64,000 bases of DNA from an uncultured Gammaproteobacteria bacterium (GTDB lineage: Bacteria > Patescibacteriota > Microgenomatia > UBA8517): positions 24,521-88,520 of the forward strand of contig CAZTVZ010000001.1 in assembly GCA_964617045.1 (NCBI GenBank), read 5' to 3'. The notes below the pieces were generated by a model that worked only from the letters and a program-made list of their open reading frames with translations, did no database searches and was not told the origin of the DNA. The translations under genes were made by a program, and so were the position numbers. The first letter of the stretch is position 1; the number at the start of each line of letters is the position of its first letter. Of the stretch, positions 27,718-36,282 are shown one piece after another.

Positions 27718-29108
27718 AGGAAGGACCTTATTTTATCAAATATCCACTCAACTTTCATTTCTACGGTTTTGAGGGTATTTAGTTTGACTTCTATTGGCTG
27801 GGTTAAATCTTCACCCTTTTTGTATACGGTAAATGAATAGTAATCGCTTTCCTTGTTACCGGGTATTACAAGTGAATATGATATTGCTCCGGTAGAAAAA
27901 GGTTTTAGTTCATCAAAAGAAGAACCTGTTTTTAATGAATAAAATTCATCCAACGGCCTTAGTGCAATATCTTTACTGGATATAATCGATTGACCGATAT
28001 TCTCAATTATTAAAATACCTGTATATTTCCCGTCGTTATTCGGGAAAGGGAATACATAATTTGATCTTACTTTAAGACTTTCAATAATCCTGGGTTGTCC
28101 TTCAATCTTTGAAAGAGATCGTACTTTTTCGTAATAGCTGTAAAAACCAAACTCGTTCTTCCAGGAAAAGACATCAAACGGTTCATGGGTGTAATTGAGT
28201 AGAAAAGGAGTAATTACAACAATATCGGGATCAATCCAAACTTTAGTAAAAGCGTCAATATAATTGTTTGCAATTTGCTCCTCGGACAAAAGCCTTGTGT
28301 TTTTTGTTGTTTTTTTATCGTATTTAGCCCATCCTGTTTCGGTAATAAATATCGGATAATTTTTGACTATTCCTAAAGATTTTAAATAACCTTGTTCCCA
28401 TTTGTAACCTTCGATACTTCTTTTCCCCATGTCAAATACATTTCCTGTAAAGTCAGGGTTTGGGTAGGAATGTGATGTCCATCCGTCAATTGAGTTGAAG
28501 AATTCCGGACTGGATGAATGAATTCTTCTCAAAAATATTTCGGCATCCATTGTTTGAAGGGTATTGCCGGCAGATAGATCCAGTCCAGCAGGCAAGACAA
28601 AAAAATCGGTATTAGCAGTCTTTAATTTTTTTGAAAACGTAACCAAGTAATCAGCATATTCTTCAGGTGAAATGGAGTTGCCCCATTCTTTCGCGTGATT
28701 TGGCTCGTTACCGACAATAATATATCTGTTTTCCGTAACCCAATTTAGAGAGTTCAAAAAACTTACCCAATGATCTATCTCTGTAACATTTGGTTTTTCC
28801 CAATAGTCCTTATTTGGTTGAGTAGCAATCCTTACAAGAGGAATTAAATGCATTTGCCTTAATTCATCGAAAATATATTGCCAATAATCTTTGTTTCTGT
28901 CACCGCTTTGAATAACAAACGTAACATAACCCCAATCTCCTCCGGAAGAATTAACCAAAGTTTGGGCATCTCTAAGATCATTCATTGAGGCAACATGGAT
29001 TCCATATTTATTGTTAGGCTGTTCAAGAGGATTGTTGATTGCCTGAATAATCGAATTATTAAACAGGAAAAGTATTGCTGCAAGCAATACTCCAAAGAAT
29101 GTCTTCAT
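27708..29108 (-). CDS. Secreted glycoside hydrolase, clan GH-A (GH5-like TIM barrel)
   Basis: Signal peptide. Catalytic acid/base motif VGNEPN and nucleophile motif IFITETGW. The 3' end overlaps tRNA-Lys by about 10 nt. Confidence 0.55.
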   Translation of the reverse strand: MKTFFGVLLAAILFLFNNSIIQAINNPLEQPNNKYGIHVASMNDLRDAQTLVNSSGGDWGYVTFVIQSGDRNKDYWQYIFDELRQMHLIPLVRIATQPNKDYWEKPNVTEIDHWVSFLNSLNWVTENRYIIVGNEPNHAKEWGNSISPEEYADYLVTFSKKLKTANTDFFVLPAGLDLSAGNTLQTMDAEIFLRRIHSSSPEFFNSIDGWTSHSYPNPDFTGNVFDMGKRSIEGYKWEQGYLKSLGIVKNYPIFITETGWAKYDKKTTKNTRLLSEEQIANNYIDAFTKVWIDPDIVVITPFLLNYTHEPFDVFSWKNEFGFYSYYEKVRSLSKIEGQPRIIESLKVRSNYVFPFPNNDGKYTGILIIENIGQSIISSKDIALRPLDEFYSLKTGSSFDELKPFSTGAISYSLVIPGNKESDYYSFTVYKKGEDLTQPIEVKLNTLKTVEMKVEWIFDKIRSFLGL

Positions 29109-29130
29109 AACCAATTCTAACAAATGAATG

Positions 29131-29202
29131 TGCGCCTGGGGGGAATCGAACCCTCATCCTCGGTTCCGAAGACCGATGCTCTATCCGTTGAGCTACAGGC
29201 GC
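29131..29202 (-). tRNA. tRNA-Arg (TCG)
   Basis: Perfect acceptor and anticodon stems. Loop CTTCGGA. One mismatch in the T-stem. Confidence 0.75.
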
Positions 29203-29248
29203 ATAACTTTAGACTTTATGCCTAAAGCACTGTAAAATTATACAACAA

Positions 29249-30340
29249 ATGACTGATTTTACCCAAACAATCGAGGATATTGAAAAAGAAATTAGAGAAA
29301 CCCCTTACCATAAAGGGACAGAGCATCATATCGGAAAATTGAGAGCACGCTTGGCCAAACTAAAGGATAAGCAAATTGAAGGTTATATAAAAGCAAAAGG
29401 TACCGGAGGGGGTGGAGGCGGATATGCAGTTAAAAAACACGGAGATGCAACAGTTGTTTTAATAGGGCCTCCTTCCGCAGGAAAATCTACTTTAATCAAT
29501 AAAATTACGAACGCCGAAAGCAAGGTGGCAGCATATGCTTTTACTACGGTATCGGTAGTTCCGGGAATGCTTAAATACAATGATGCATATATTCAAATAT
29601 TTGATTTACCCGGACTAATTCAAGGAGCAGGTCTTGGTAAAGGAAGAGGAAAAGAGGTTTTATCAGTAGCCAGAACAAGTGATCTTTTGGTCATCATCTC
29701 TGATGTAGATAGACCTGAAGTTCTGATAAATATTCAAGACGAACTGGAAAAAACCGGAATCAGAATAAACAAAATCAGACCGAATATTAAATTTGTCAAA
29801 AGAATCGAAGGTGGAATTGAAGTTAAAACAAATATAAAACAGGATATATCCAAAGATCTGGTTAGAGATATTGCTTCCGAGTTCGGATACAAAAATGGAG
29901 AAATAACGCTTAATCAAAGAATCACTGTTGAGGATCTTATTGATACTTTTTCAAGCAACAGATCGTACATAAATGCCATATTCGTATTAAACAAGATAGA
30001 TAAAAAGAAACCTAACCCTATAAACCTTCCAGAAAATACATTATTTATATCTGCTGACAAGGAAATCGGTATTGAGGAATTTAAAGAAGCTTTATGGAAC
30101 AGTTTGAGATTGGTTAAAGTTTATTTAATTGAACCGGATGAAGAACCTAATACTAATCACCCCATTATTATGAGGGAGGGTGATACATTAATGGATATTG
30201 CCATGACCATTGGTGATGATTTTGCTTCGGATAAAAAGCTTGCTAAAATCTGGGGAAAGAAAGCTCATTATCAAGGACAAGAGGTACCTTTAACCACTAC
30301 TGTTGAAGAAGGATTGATGGTTAGATTTCTTCAAGCTTAA
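29249..30340 (+). CDS. Obg-superfamily GTPase of the DRG/Rbg type with C-terminal TGS domain
   Basis: G1 GPPSAGKST, G3 DLPG, TGS-like C-terminus (VYLIEPDEE...MREGDTLMDIA). Unusual GTGGGGGGY insert. Confidence 0.75.
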   Translation: MTDFTQTIEDIEKEIRETPYHKGTEHHIGKLRARLAKLKDKQIEGYIKAKGTGGGGGGYAVKKHGDATVVLIGPPSAGKSTLINKITNAESKVAAYAFTTVSVVPGMLKYNDAYIQIFDLPGLIQGAGLGKGRGKEVLSVARTSDLLVIISDVDRPEVLINIQDELEKTGIRINKIRPNIKFVKRIEGGIEVKTNIKQDISKDLVRDIASEFGYKNGEITLNQRITVEDLIDTFSSNRSYINAIFVLNKIDKKKPNPINLPENTLFISADKEIGIEEFKEALWNSLRLVKVYLIEPDEEPNTNHPIIMREGDTLMDIAMTIGDDFASDKKLAKIWGKKAHYQGQEVPLTTTVEEGLMVRFLQA

Positions 30341-30372
30341 TTTGATATAATAACTACGCACTTTTTAAATAA

Positions 30373-30462
30373 GCCGAGGTGCTGAAATTGGTAGACAGGC
30401 AGGTTTCAGGAACCTGTGCTCCTTATACGAGCGTGAGGGTTCAAGTCCCTCCCTCGGCACCA
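30373..30462 (+). tRNA. tRNA-Leu (CAG), CCA encoded
   Basis: Long variable arm. Anticodon loop TTCAGGA. Confidence 0.85.
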
Positions 30463-30472
30463 AAGCGTATTC

Positions 30473-30554
30473 GCGGGGATGGCGAAATTGGTAGACGCGC
30501 AGTCTTGAGGAGGCTGTGGAGAAATCCTTGGAGGTTCAAGTCCTCTTCCCCGCA
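30473..30554 (+). tRNA. tRNA-Leu (GAG)
   Basis: Long variable arm. Anticodon loop TTGAGGA. Confidence 0.8.
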
Positions 30555-30571
30555 CAAAGTCGTGTATAATT

Positions 30572-30648
30572 GGATGCTTAGCTCAGCTGGTTAGAGCACT
30601 TCGTTTACATCGAAGGGGTCGGGGGTTCGAATCCCTCAGCATCCACCA
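30572..30648 (+). tRNA. tRNA-Val (TAC), CCA encoded
   Basis: Anticodon loop TTTACAT. T-loop TTCGAAT. Confidence 0.9.
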
Positions 30649-30651
30649 TAT

Positions 30652-30724
30652 GCCGAGATAGCCAAGGTGGTCACGGCGGGCGCCTGAAGAGCGTCAGATG
30701 TGTGTTCGACTCACACTCTCGGCA
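30652..30724 (+). tRNA. tRNA-Phe (GAA)
   Basis: Anticodon loop CTGAAGA. Acceptor GCCGAGA/TCTCGGC. Confidence 0.7.
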
Positions 30725-30736
30725 CAAAGCGAAGAT

Positions 30737-30811
30737 GCGGGAATAGCTCAGTGGTAGAGCGTCTCCTTGCCAAGGAGAAGGCCGCGGGTTCAAGTCCCGT
30801 TTCCCGCTCCA
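30737..30811 (+). tRNA. tRNA-Gly (GCC), CCA encoded
   Basis: Anticodon loop TTGCCAA. Canonical D and T arms. Confidence 0.9.
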
Positions 30812-30812
30812 A

Positions 30813-30884
30813 GCCCCCATAGCTCAACGGATAGAGCGCGCCCCTTCTAAGGGTGAAATGAAAGTTCGATTCTTTCTGGGGGCA
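30813..30884 (+). tRNA. tRNA-Arg (TCT)
   Basis: Anticodon loop CTTCTAA. T-arm GAAAG/TTCGATT/CTTTC. Confidence 0.85.
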
Positions 30885-30961
30885 CCCTTTTCACAAACTT
30901 GACTTTAATCCTCAAAATGTGTCATCCTGATACTCAATAACGGCTAAGCTGTTGTTGTATT

Positions 30962-31579
30962 ATGGTTATCGAGCAAGAAACTTTTACATTCTGGAAAAAC
31001 CTGCTTTTAACAAGCGTATTTTTTATCGTTACACCAATATTAATCGGAATAAGCATCTTCTCTTTATATTCCTTCAGAAATACCGAAATTTTAGAAAAAC
31101 AAATGCATATAAGCAGCGGAAATCCATTATCTGGTGTTAGAGTCTTTGCATCTCTTCCTGCGCTTACACCTTCGGTGTACGGAGCTGTTGAAGCAAAAGA
31201 TGCCAGGCCTGAGATTATCCGTGGTTATCTTGAATATTATAAATCTCCTTTAGTTCCTCACGCAGAATTCATTGTTGAAACAGCCGACAAATATGAACTC
31301 GATTTTAGATTGATTACCGCAATAGCCCAGCAAGAATCTAACCTTTGCAAAATTATTCCTCCAAATACATACAACTGTTGGGGATGGGGAATTCACAGCA
31401 GGGGTACACTGGGTTTTGAATCGTATGAGCAGGGTATAGAAACCGTATCAAAAGGGTTGAAGGAAGAATACATCAACAAAGGATACTTAACACCCGAACA
31501 AATAATGAGCAAATATACTCCAATGTCCAATGGTTCATGGGCAAGAGGCGTGAATCAATTTATGTCCGAAATGGAATAG
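30962..31579 (+). CDS. Membrane-anchored lysozyme-like peptidoglycan hydrolase (SLT / lytic-transglycosylase-like)
   Basis: N-terminal TM. ITAIAQQESNLC resembles the SLT catalytic E-S motif. Start position uncertain. Confidence 0.45.
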   Translation: MVIEQETFTFWKNLLLTSVFFIVTPILIGISIFSLYSFRNTEILEKQMHISSGNPLSGVRVFASLPALTPSVYGAVEAKDARPEIIRGYLEYYKSPLVPHAEFIVETADKYELDFRLITAIAQQESNLCKIIPPNTYNCWGWGIHSRGTLGFESYEQGIETVSKGLKEEYINKGYLTPEQIMSKYTPMSNGSWARGVNQFMSEME

Positions 31580-31623
31580 CTTTGACTTTGGATTAATTTA
31601 AAGCTATTCTTGTTGCTTGCAAA

Positions 31624-32382
31624 ATGCCAGCCGCATATGACACATATGATTATCCATCTTATTGGGTGGGGAGAGAATATGAGCATAGATGTGAATTGAT
31701 AGCCGTAAAGGCTCTTCTTCAGAAAATTCCCCGGATAGATACCTTAATTGAAGTTGGAGCCGGATTCGGGAGGATTACTCCAGTATACAAATACAGAGCG
31801 AAAAAAATATTTCTCACTGACCCGTCGGGAAAATTGTTAAGCCTTGCTCGGGATTCATTTAAAAGAAAAGGGTTATATTTCGTACATTCGAGGCTGGAAA
31901 GGTTGGATAAAAAAATCAAAAGAAGATCCGCTGATCTGATAATTATGGTTCGAGTTCTCCACCACATAAAGGATGTCGACCAGGCATTTAAGATTCTGTC
32001 CAAACTAACAAAAAAAGGCGGTTATTTAATATTGGAATTTGCCAACAAGAGCAATTTTAAAAACATGGTTAAAGAGTTTTTAAGGGGGAATTTTGTATTT
32101 CCAATGGAAATTGATACGGTTGATAAAAGAAGCAAAAAGAATATTAAGAAAAATACTATTCCTTTTAACAATTATCACGTTGATTACATCAAAGACAGAC
32201 TGTCTGAAGCAGGGTACAAAATAATTGAAAAACGCTCTGTATCGAACATTAGAAACTCGTTTGTGAAAAACTTGTTTCCAACCAGTTTTTTTCTTTCTCT
32301 TGCCAACCTTGTTCAGCCTTTACTGGGATACATAAACTTTGGTCCATCAATATTTATATTGGCCAAAAAGATAGAGGAATAG
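31624..32382 (+). CDS. Class I SAM-dependent methyltransferase
   Basis: Motif I LIEVGAGFGRIT, acidic motif II FLTDPS. Confidence 0.7.
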   Translation: MPAAYDTYDYPSYWVGREYEHRCELIAVKALLQKIPRIDTLIEVGAGFGRITPVYKYRAKKIFLTDPSGKLLSLARDSFKRKGLYFVHSRLERLDKKIKRRSADLIIMVRVLHHIKDVDQAFKILSKLTKKGGYLILEFANKSNFKNMVKEFLRGNFVFPMEIDTVDKRSKKNIKKNTIPFNNYHVDYIKDRLSEAGYKIIEKRSVSNIRNSFVKNLFPTSFFLSLANLVQPLLGYINFGPSIFILAKKIEE

Positions 32383-32473
32383 GGGATCTTGACAGACCTG
32401 TAGTCTAATGCTATAGTACCACTAGATCTTGAGGCAAGATGGTTTTTACCATTCGAGCGTTGAGATATTTTTT

Positions 32474-32500
32474 GGGGCCCCCGCAAGGGGGCTCCTTTTT
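32474..32500 (+). terminator. Rho-independent terminator (9-bp GC-rich stem, GCAA tetraloop, T5)
   Basis: GGGGCCCCC-GCAA-GGGGGCTCC followed by TTTTT. Confidence 0.8.
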
Positions 32501-32520
32501 GTTATAATATGCCTGTGAAT

Positions 32521-32604
32521 GCCGGGGTGGCGGAATGGTAGACGCGCATGGTTTAGGACCATGTGAGTTAATAACTCGTGGGGGTTCAAGTCCCTTCCTC
32601 GGCA
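32521..32604 (+). tRNA. tRNA-Leu (TAG)
   Basis: Long variable arm. Anticodon loop TTTAGGA. Preceded by TATAAT at 32503-32508. Confidence 0.85.
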
Positions 32605-32810
32605 CAAGAAATGCTATAATGAGCCATGGAAGATGAACTGATAAACATCATACCCGTCAGAAATACACACAATCTCAATTTATTGCTTCTTCTGATACCG
32701 ATAATCTCGTTTATATTAATACTGGCCCTACTTTCTACCAATCTGGATAAAGGAGAAGTTGCTGGAATGTCTGATAGTAGAGATGTTTCCAAAGCTGAAC
32801 AAAATATAAA

Positions 32811-33302
32811 ATGAAACAGCTTTTTCTTCCGATTCTTGGTGCTGCTGCGTTCATAATCATTGTTGGTCTCATGTACAACAACAAACTCCCGTTAAAAAGC
32901 CCTGAAAGCAATAAGGACAGCTCAAAAAATAATATTGTAATAATTTCTGACAACCATATTGAGGTAGAAATTGCCGATTCGTCAGACGAGAGATCAAAAG
33001 GCCTTTCGGGAAGAGACAATCTTGATGAGGGAAAAGGAATGCTCTTTGTCTTAGACCAAAAAAACACACGTCCGGGGTTCTGGATGAAAGGAATGAAAAT
33101 GCCGATAGATATAATTTGGATTAATGATGAAAAGATTATTCAAATTGATTCGGAAGTGCCGTATCCCGATGAAAATGCAAATGAATTTCCAAGCTATTTT
33201 CCCAAGTCCGACATAGATTATGTTTTGGAAGTTCCTTCCGGTTATTCCAATAAAGTTGGTATCAAAGAAGGAGACCAGGTTAAACTTCCTTCACCCTACT
33301 AA
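32811..33302 (+). CDS. DUF192 (COG1430) family secreted protein
   Basis: N-terminal TM/signal. Core ERSKGLSGRDNLDEGKGMLFV ... FWMKGMKMPIDIIWIN matches the DUF192 pattern. Confidence 0.7.
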   Translation: MKQLFLPILGAAAFIIIVGLMYNNKLPLKSPESNKDSSKNNIVIISDNHIEVEIADSSDERSKGLSGRDNLDEGKGMLFVLDQKNTRPGFWMKGMKMPIDIIWINDEKIIQIDSEVPYPDENANEFPSYFPKSDIDYVLEVPSGYSNKVGIKEGDQVKLPSPY

Positions 33303-34558
33303 CCGCTTAAAGTAAACTCCTCTAATTCTTTTACTCCACCGAAAGCAATTCTGTCGGGAACCAGCTCTCTGGTATTAATCATCTTAAGAGGTGCAATTAC
33401 AAACGACCCCCATTTTTCGTTGATATTATCTTGAGCTTTTGTAACTTTTTCTTTTCGTGGTAAGTCTTCAAAAAAATTAAGCTGTAACTCATTTTTTTTG
33501 AGAAGTTCATATACCGAAACCGCTATTTCTCGTACCGGTTTTTTGTATGGTGTTTTATTGAGTAGCTTAAACATTCCCTTGTATATATCCCTGGAATCGT
33601 AAACAGGTTCTTGTAGTTTCTTTGATTGGTGCCAAAAAGACCCGTCTTTATACGAAATTGCCAAATGAATACCTTTTGCTTTGTATCCTGCTTTACGAAG
33701 TCTAAATCCTGTTTTTTGAGAAAGTTTGGTAATTATCGGAGAAAGATCTTCGACTTCGGAAAGCGGTCTCGGAAGCGCAAATGAATTACCATAACTTTTC
33801 CTGGCAAAAACAACATCGTCAATTTCCCAACCTCTAATTCTCAAATACCAATAATACCCAAGTACCGAATGAAATGCCGCTTTTAATTTCCAATACGGTG
33901 CATTGTAGAAATCAAGGACGGTGTGTATTCCAACCCCAGACAGTCTGATTGCATTTTTAATCTTAATCCCGGGCAAATCAGTTATTTTTAATTGAGAGAA
34001 AACCTTTTTGTAATTTCTATAATTTATTTCATCTAAACCGTCGGGTTTCTTGAGTTCCGCTCCCAATTTTGCCAAAAATCTGTTTGGAGCAATTCCGATG
34101 GAAACCGTTAACCATTCTCCGATTTCATTTTTTATCCTTTCTTTGATTTCTTTGGCTATATTGGCAATTCCTTTTTGGAAAGATGGATATCCCTCGAGAT
34201 TCAGAACAAATTCGTCAATACTTTTAGGGGAATAGTCATTTGTGTAATCGGAAATTATTTTACCCAGTTCAATGTGTACAAAACGATACTTCCACGGATC
34301 TGGGCTCAAAACTATTAGCTCGGGGCAAATTAATTTACCTTCTTTAACTCTCATTCCCACTCGTACACCGAGCCTTTTTGCTTCAACGGAAGGTGCAATG
34401 ATACATCCTCCGGGTGAATCGTACGCAGAAACGGCAATGGGTTTTCCTCTTAATAGAGGGTTTGCCTGTTGTTCTATTGTTGCAAAGCAGGAATTGAGAT
34501 CAATGTGTAATATTGTCGAATTCTTTTTGTTAAAAGATATTTCAGTCAGGATTTCCAT
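33299..34558 (-). CDS. Y-family translesion DNA polymerase (DinB/UmuC-like)
   Basis: ILHIDLNSCFATIEQQANPLLRGKPIAV (catalytic Asp region) and the SIDE acidic motif. 419 aa. Confidence 0.8.
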   Translation of the reverse strand: MEILTEISFNKKNSTILHIDLNSCFATIEQQANPLLRGKPIAVSAYDSPGGCIIAPSVEAKRLGVRVGMRVKEGKLICPELIVLSPDPWKYRFVHIELGKIISDYTNDYSPKSIDEFVLNLEGYPSFQKGIANIAKEIKERIKNEIGEWLTVSIGIAPNRFLAKLGAELKKPDGLDEINYRNYKKVFSQLKITDLPGIKIKNAIRLSGVGIHTVLDFYNAPYWKLKAAFHSVLGYYWYLRIRGWEIDDVVFARKSYGNSFALPRPLSEVEDLSPIITKLSQKTGFRLRKAGYKAKGIHLAISYKDGSFWHQSKKLQEPVYDSRDIYKGMFKLLNKTPYKKPVREIAVSVYELLKKNELQLNFFEDLPRKEKVTKAQDNINEKWGSFVIAPLKMINTRELVPDRIAFGGVKELEEFTLSG

Positions 34559-34802
34559 CGGATATTTGTTCCAATCTCCATGTAAGGTTCTCCGTGTTGA
34601 AAACCAGCCTCATAAAAAGCGTTTCACTTGCAACCGAAAAAACATGCATCAAAGATCGGCCATCCCTATATGAATGGTGAAGACCTATTTTCTCTATTTT
34701 GTGGGATCTTCCTTCCCAAAGCACGTAAGTTGGTGTAAATTTACGAACCTTATGGTTGTAGATCGTAGCAACTGTAATGGGAGCCGATATTTTTTCTATC
34801 AT
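34542..34802 (-). CDS. Small hypothetical protein (86 aa) translationally coupled upstream of the Y-family polymerase
   Basis: Its stop overlaps the polymerase start by 17 nt on the same strand. Confidence 0.3.
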   Translation of the reverse strand: MIEKISAPITVATIYNHKVRKFTPTYVLWEGRSHKIEKIGLHHSYRDGRSLMHVFSVASETLFMRLVFNTENLTWRLEQISDGNPD

Positions 34803-34907
34803 TCCAAAATAAACCCGAAACTTTATATCTATTTATATATCCAAATAAAACCCGAAATCAATACCTAATTTCTTGACATTCGGAAGTAATAATATAAAAA
34901 TATACCT

Positions 34908-35246
34908 ATGAAGTTATTAATAAGACTTGCAATAAATGTTTTTGCTTTATTCGTCGTTGACTATTTGGTTCCCGGATTCGAGCTGGGTGGAATCGAAACC
35001 GCTGTTGTGGCAGCTATCGTAATTGGAATAGTAAACACCTTAATCAAACCTGTTTTGCAACTAATTGCATTGCCGATATCGATACTTACATTCGGAATAG
35101 CAGCTTTTTTTATCAATGTTACATTGCTTTACCTGTCAAGCAAATTGGTTCCAGGATTTATAATTGATACATATGTCACAGCCATAATTGCATCTTTGGT
35201 GTTGTCACTAACCTCATGGTTTTTGAATAAATTGGCCAAAGAATAA
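34908..35246 (+). CDS. DUF360 / 'phage holin 4_2'-family membrane protein (paralog of 15643..16044)
   Basis: LIKPVLQLIALPISILTFGIAAFFINV...LVPGFIID has the same architecture as the first copy. Confidence 0.55.
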   Translation: MKLLIRLAINVFALFVVDYLVPGFELGGIETAVVAAIVIGIVNTLIKPVLQLIALPISILTFGIAAFFINVTLLYLSSKLVPGFIIDTYVTAIIASLVLSLTSWFLNKLAKE

Positions 35247-35421
35247 TATGAAGCCTCAAATTAAGAATCAGTCAAAATTCAGTTTCAGATCTTCAGATTT
35301 CCTAAAAGGAAGTAAATTTTCAGGAGGATCAAACAAAAACAGTGTAAAATTTAATCCTTCACAGTTCAAAACACAACATAAAGGAAGTTAGCCTCGTTTT
35401 GTGTTATAATTCCTCATTGCT

Positions 35422-36270
35422 ATGGCAAAAGAAATAACAAATTCCATTGCCCGGGAAGAAGACGGAACATTACAGGTAACGTTTATGTTGCCTTGGGAGA
35501 TTGTTGAAAAAGCCCAACTTGATGCCTACAAAAAGTATGCCAAGGATATTACCGTCAAAGGTTTCCGAAAAGGAATGGCTCCTGTCGAAAAAGCCAAAGA
35601 ACATATAGCTTTGGATAAGGTAATTAGGTCTGTCATAGCCGAGATTCTTCCTCCTGCTTTGGGCAAAGCATTTGAAGAACACAAAATTCAAGCCATGATG
35701 TACCCCAGAATTGAAGTAGTGTCTGTTGAAGAAGGTAAGGATTGGCAAATTAGAGCCGTTACATGCGAATTACCCTCGTTTGAACTCGGTAACTATAAAG
35801 ATGCCATAACAAATCTCTCAAAATCATTAAAAAAGGATAAAAAAGAATTAACCGTAGAAGAAAAGCAAAGAAATATTGTGGAGCTTCTGGAAAAATCGAT
35901 AACCCTTAAAGTTCCTCATGTATTGGTTGAGGAAGAGGTTGAAGGAAGACTAACAAGCCTCCTGGATAGAATAGATAAGTTGGGACTTAACTTGGAAAGC
36001 TATCTTTCATCACTTGGTAAAACTCCGGAAAAATTGAGAGAAGAATATGTCGAACAGGCAAAATCCTCTATCGCGATGGAACTTATTTTGGAAAAGATTG
36101 CCAAAGAAGAAAAAATTGAAATTAAAGATGAAGAAATTGAAGCCGTAATTAAGGCCAGCGAAGCTGACAGGTCATTATCCGAAAGACTTAGCTCACCCGA
36201 ACAAAGATCCGTAATCAAATCAATCTTAAGAAAAAGAAAGTGTCTTGACGCTTTATCTGCCTTGCTGTAA
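35422..36270 (+). CDS. tig: Trigger factor, short form lacking the PPIase domain
   Basis: N-terminal ribosome-binding signature GFRKGMAP, then a C-terminal helical-arm-like region. 282 aa versus about 430 canonical. Confidence 0.7.
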   Translation: MAKEITNSIAREEDGTLQVTFMLPWEIVEKAQLDAYKKYAKDITVKGFRKGMAPVEKAKEHIALDKVIRSVIAEILPPALGKAFEEHKIQAMMYPRIEVVSVEEGKDWQIRAVTCELPSFELGNYKDAITNLSKSLKKDKKELTVEEKQRNIVELLEKSITLKVPHVLVEEEVEGRLTSLLDRIDKLGLNLESYLSSLGKTPEKLREEYVEQAKSSIAMELILEKIAKEEKIEIKDEEIEAVIKASEADRSLSERLSSPEQRSVIKSILRKRKCLDALSALL

Positions 36271-36282
36271 TCTGGGCTTGAA

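Noticed and set aside
30885-30961. Promoter-like TTGACT / TATTAT elements before the SLT-like gene
   Set aside because: The best -10 overlaps the annotated ATG, so either the start or the promoter call is wrong. This could not be resolved from sequence alone.
32626-32814. 62-aa hydrophobic ORF between tRNA-Leu(TAG) and the DUF192 gene
   Set aside because: It could be a real small membrane protein. It has no motif, and it lies in a region where the DUF192 gene's own signal or promoter is expected. Left uncalled.
35248-35394. 48-codon ORF (MKPQIKNQSKFSF...) in the tig upstream region
   Set aside because: The composition is repetitive and basic, and there is no Shine-Dalgarno. It more likely lies within the tig promoter/leader (TATAAT at about 35378). 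It could not be distinguished from non-coding.
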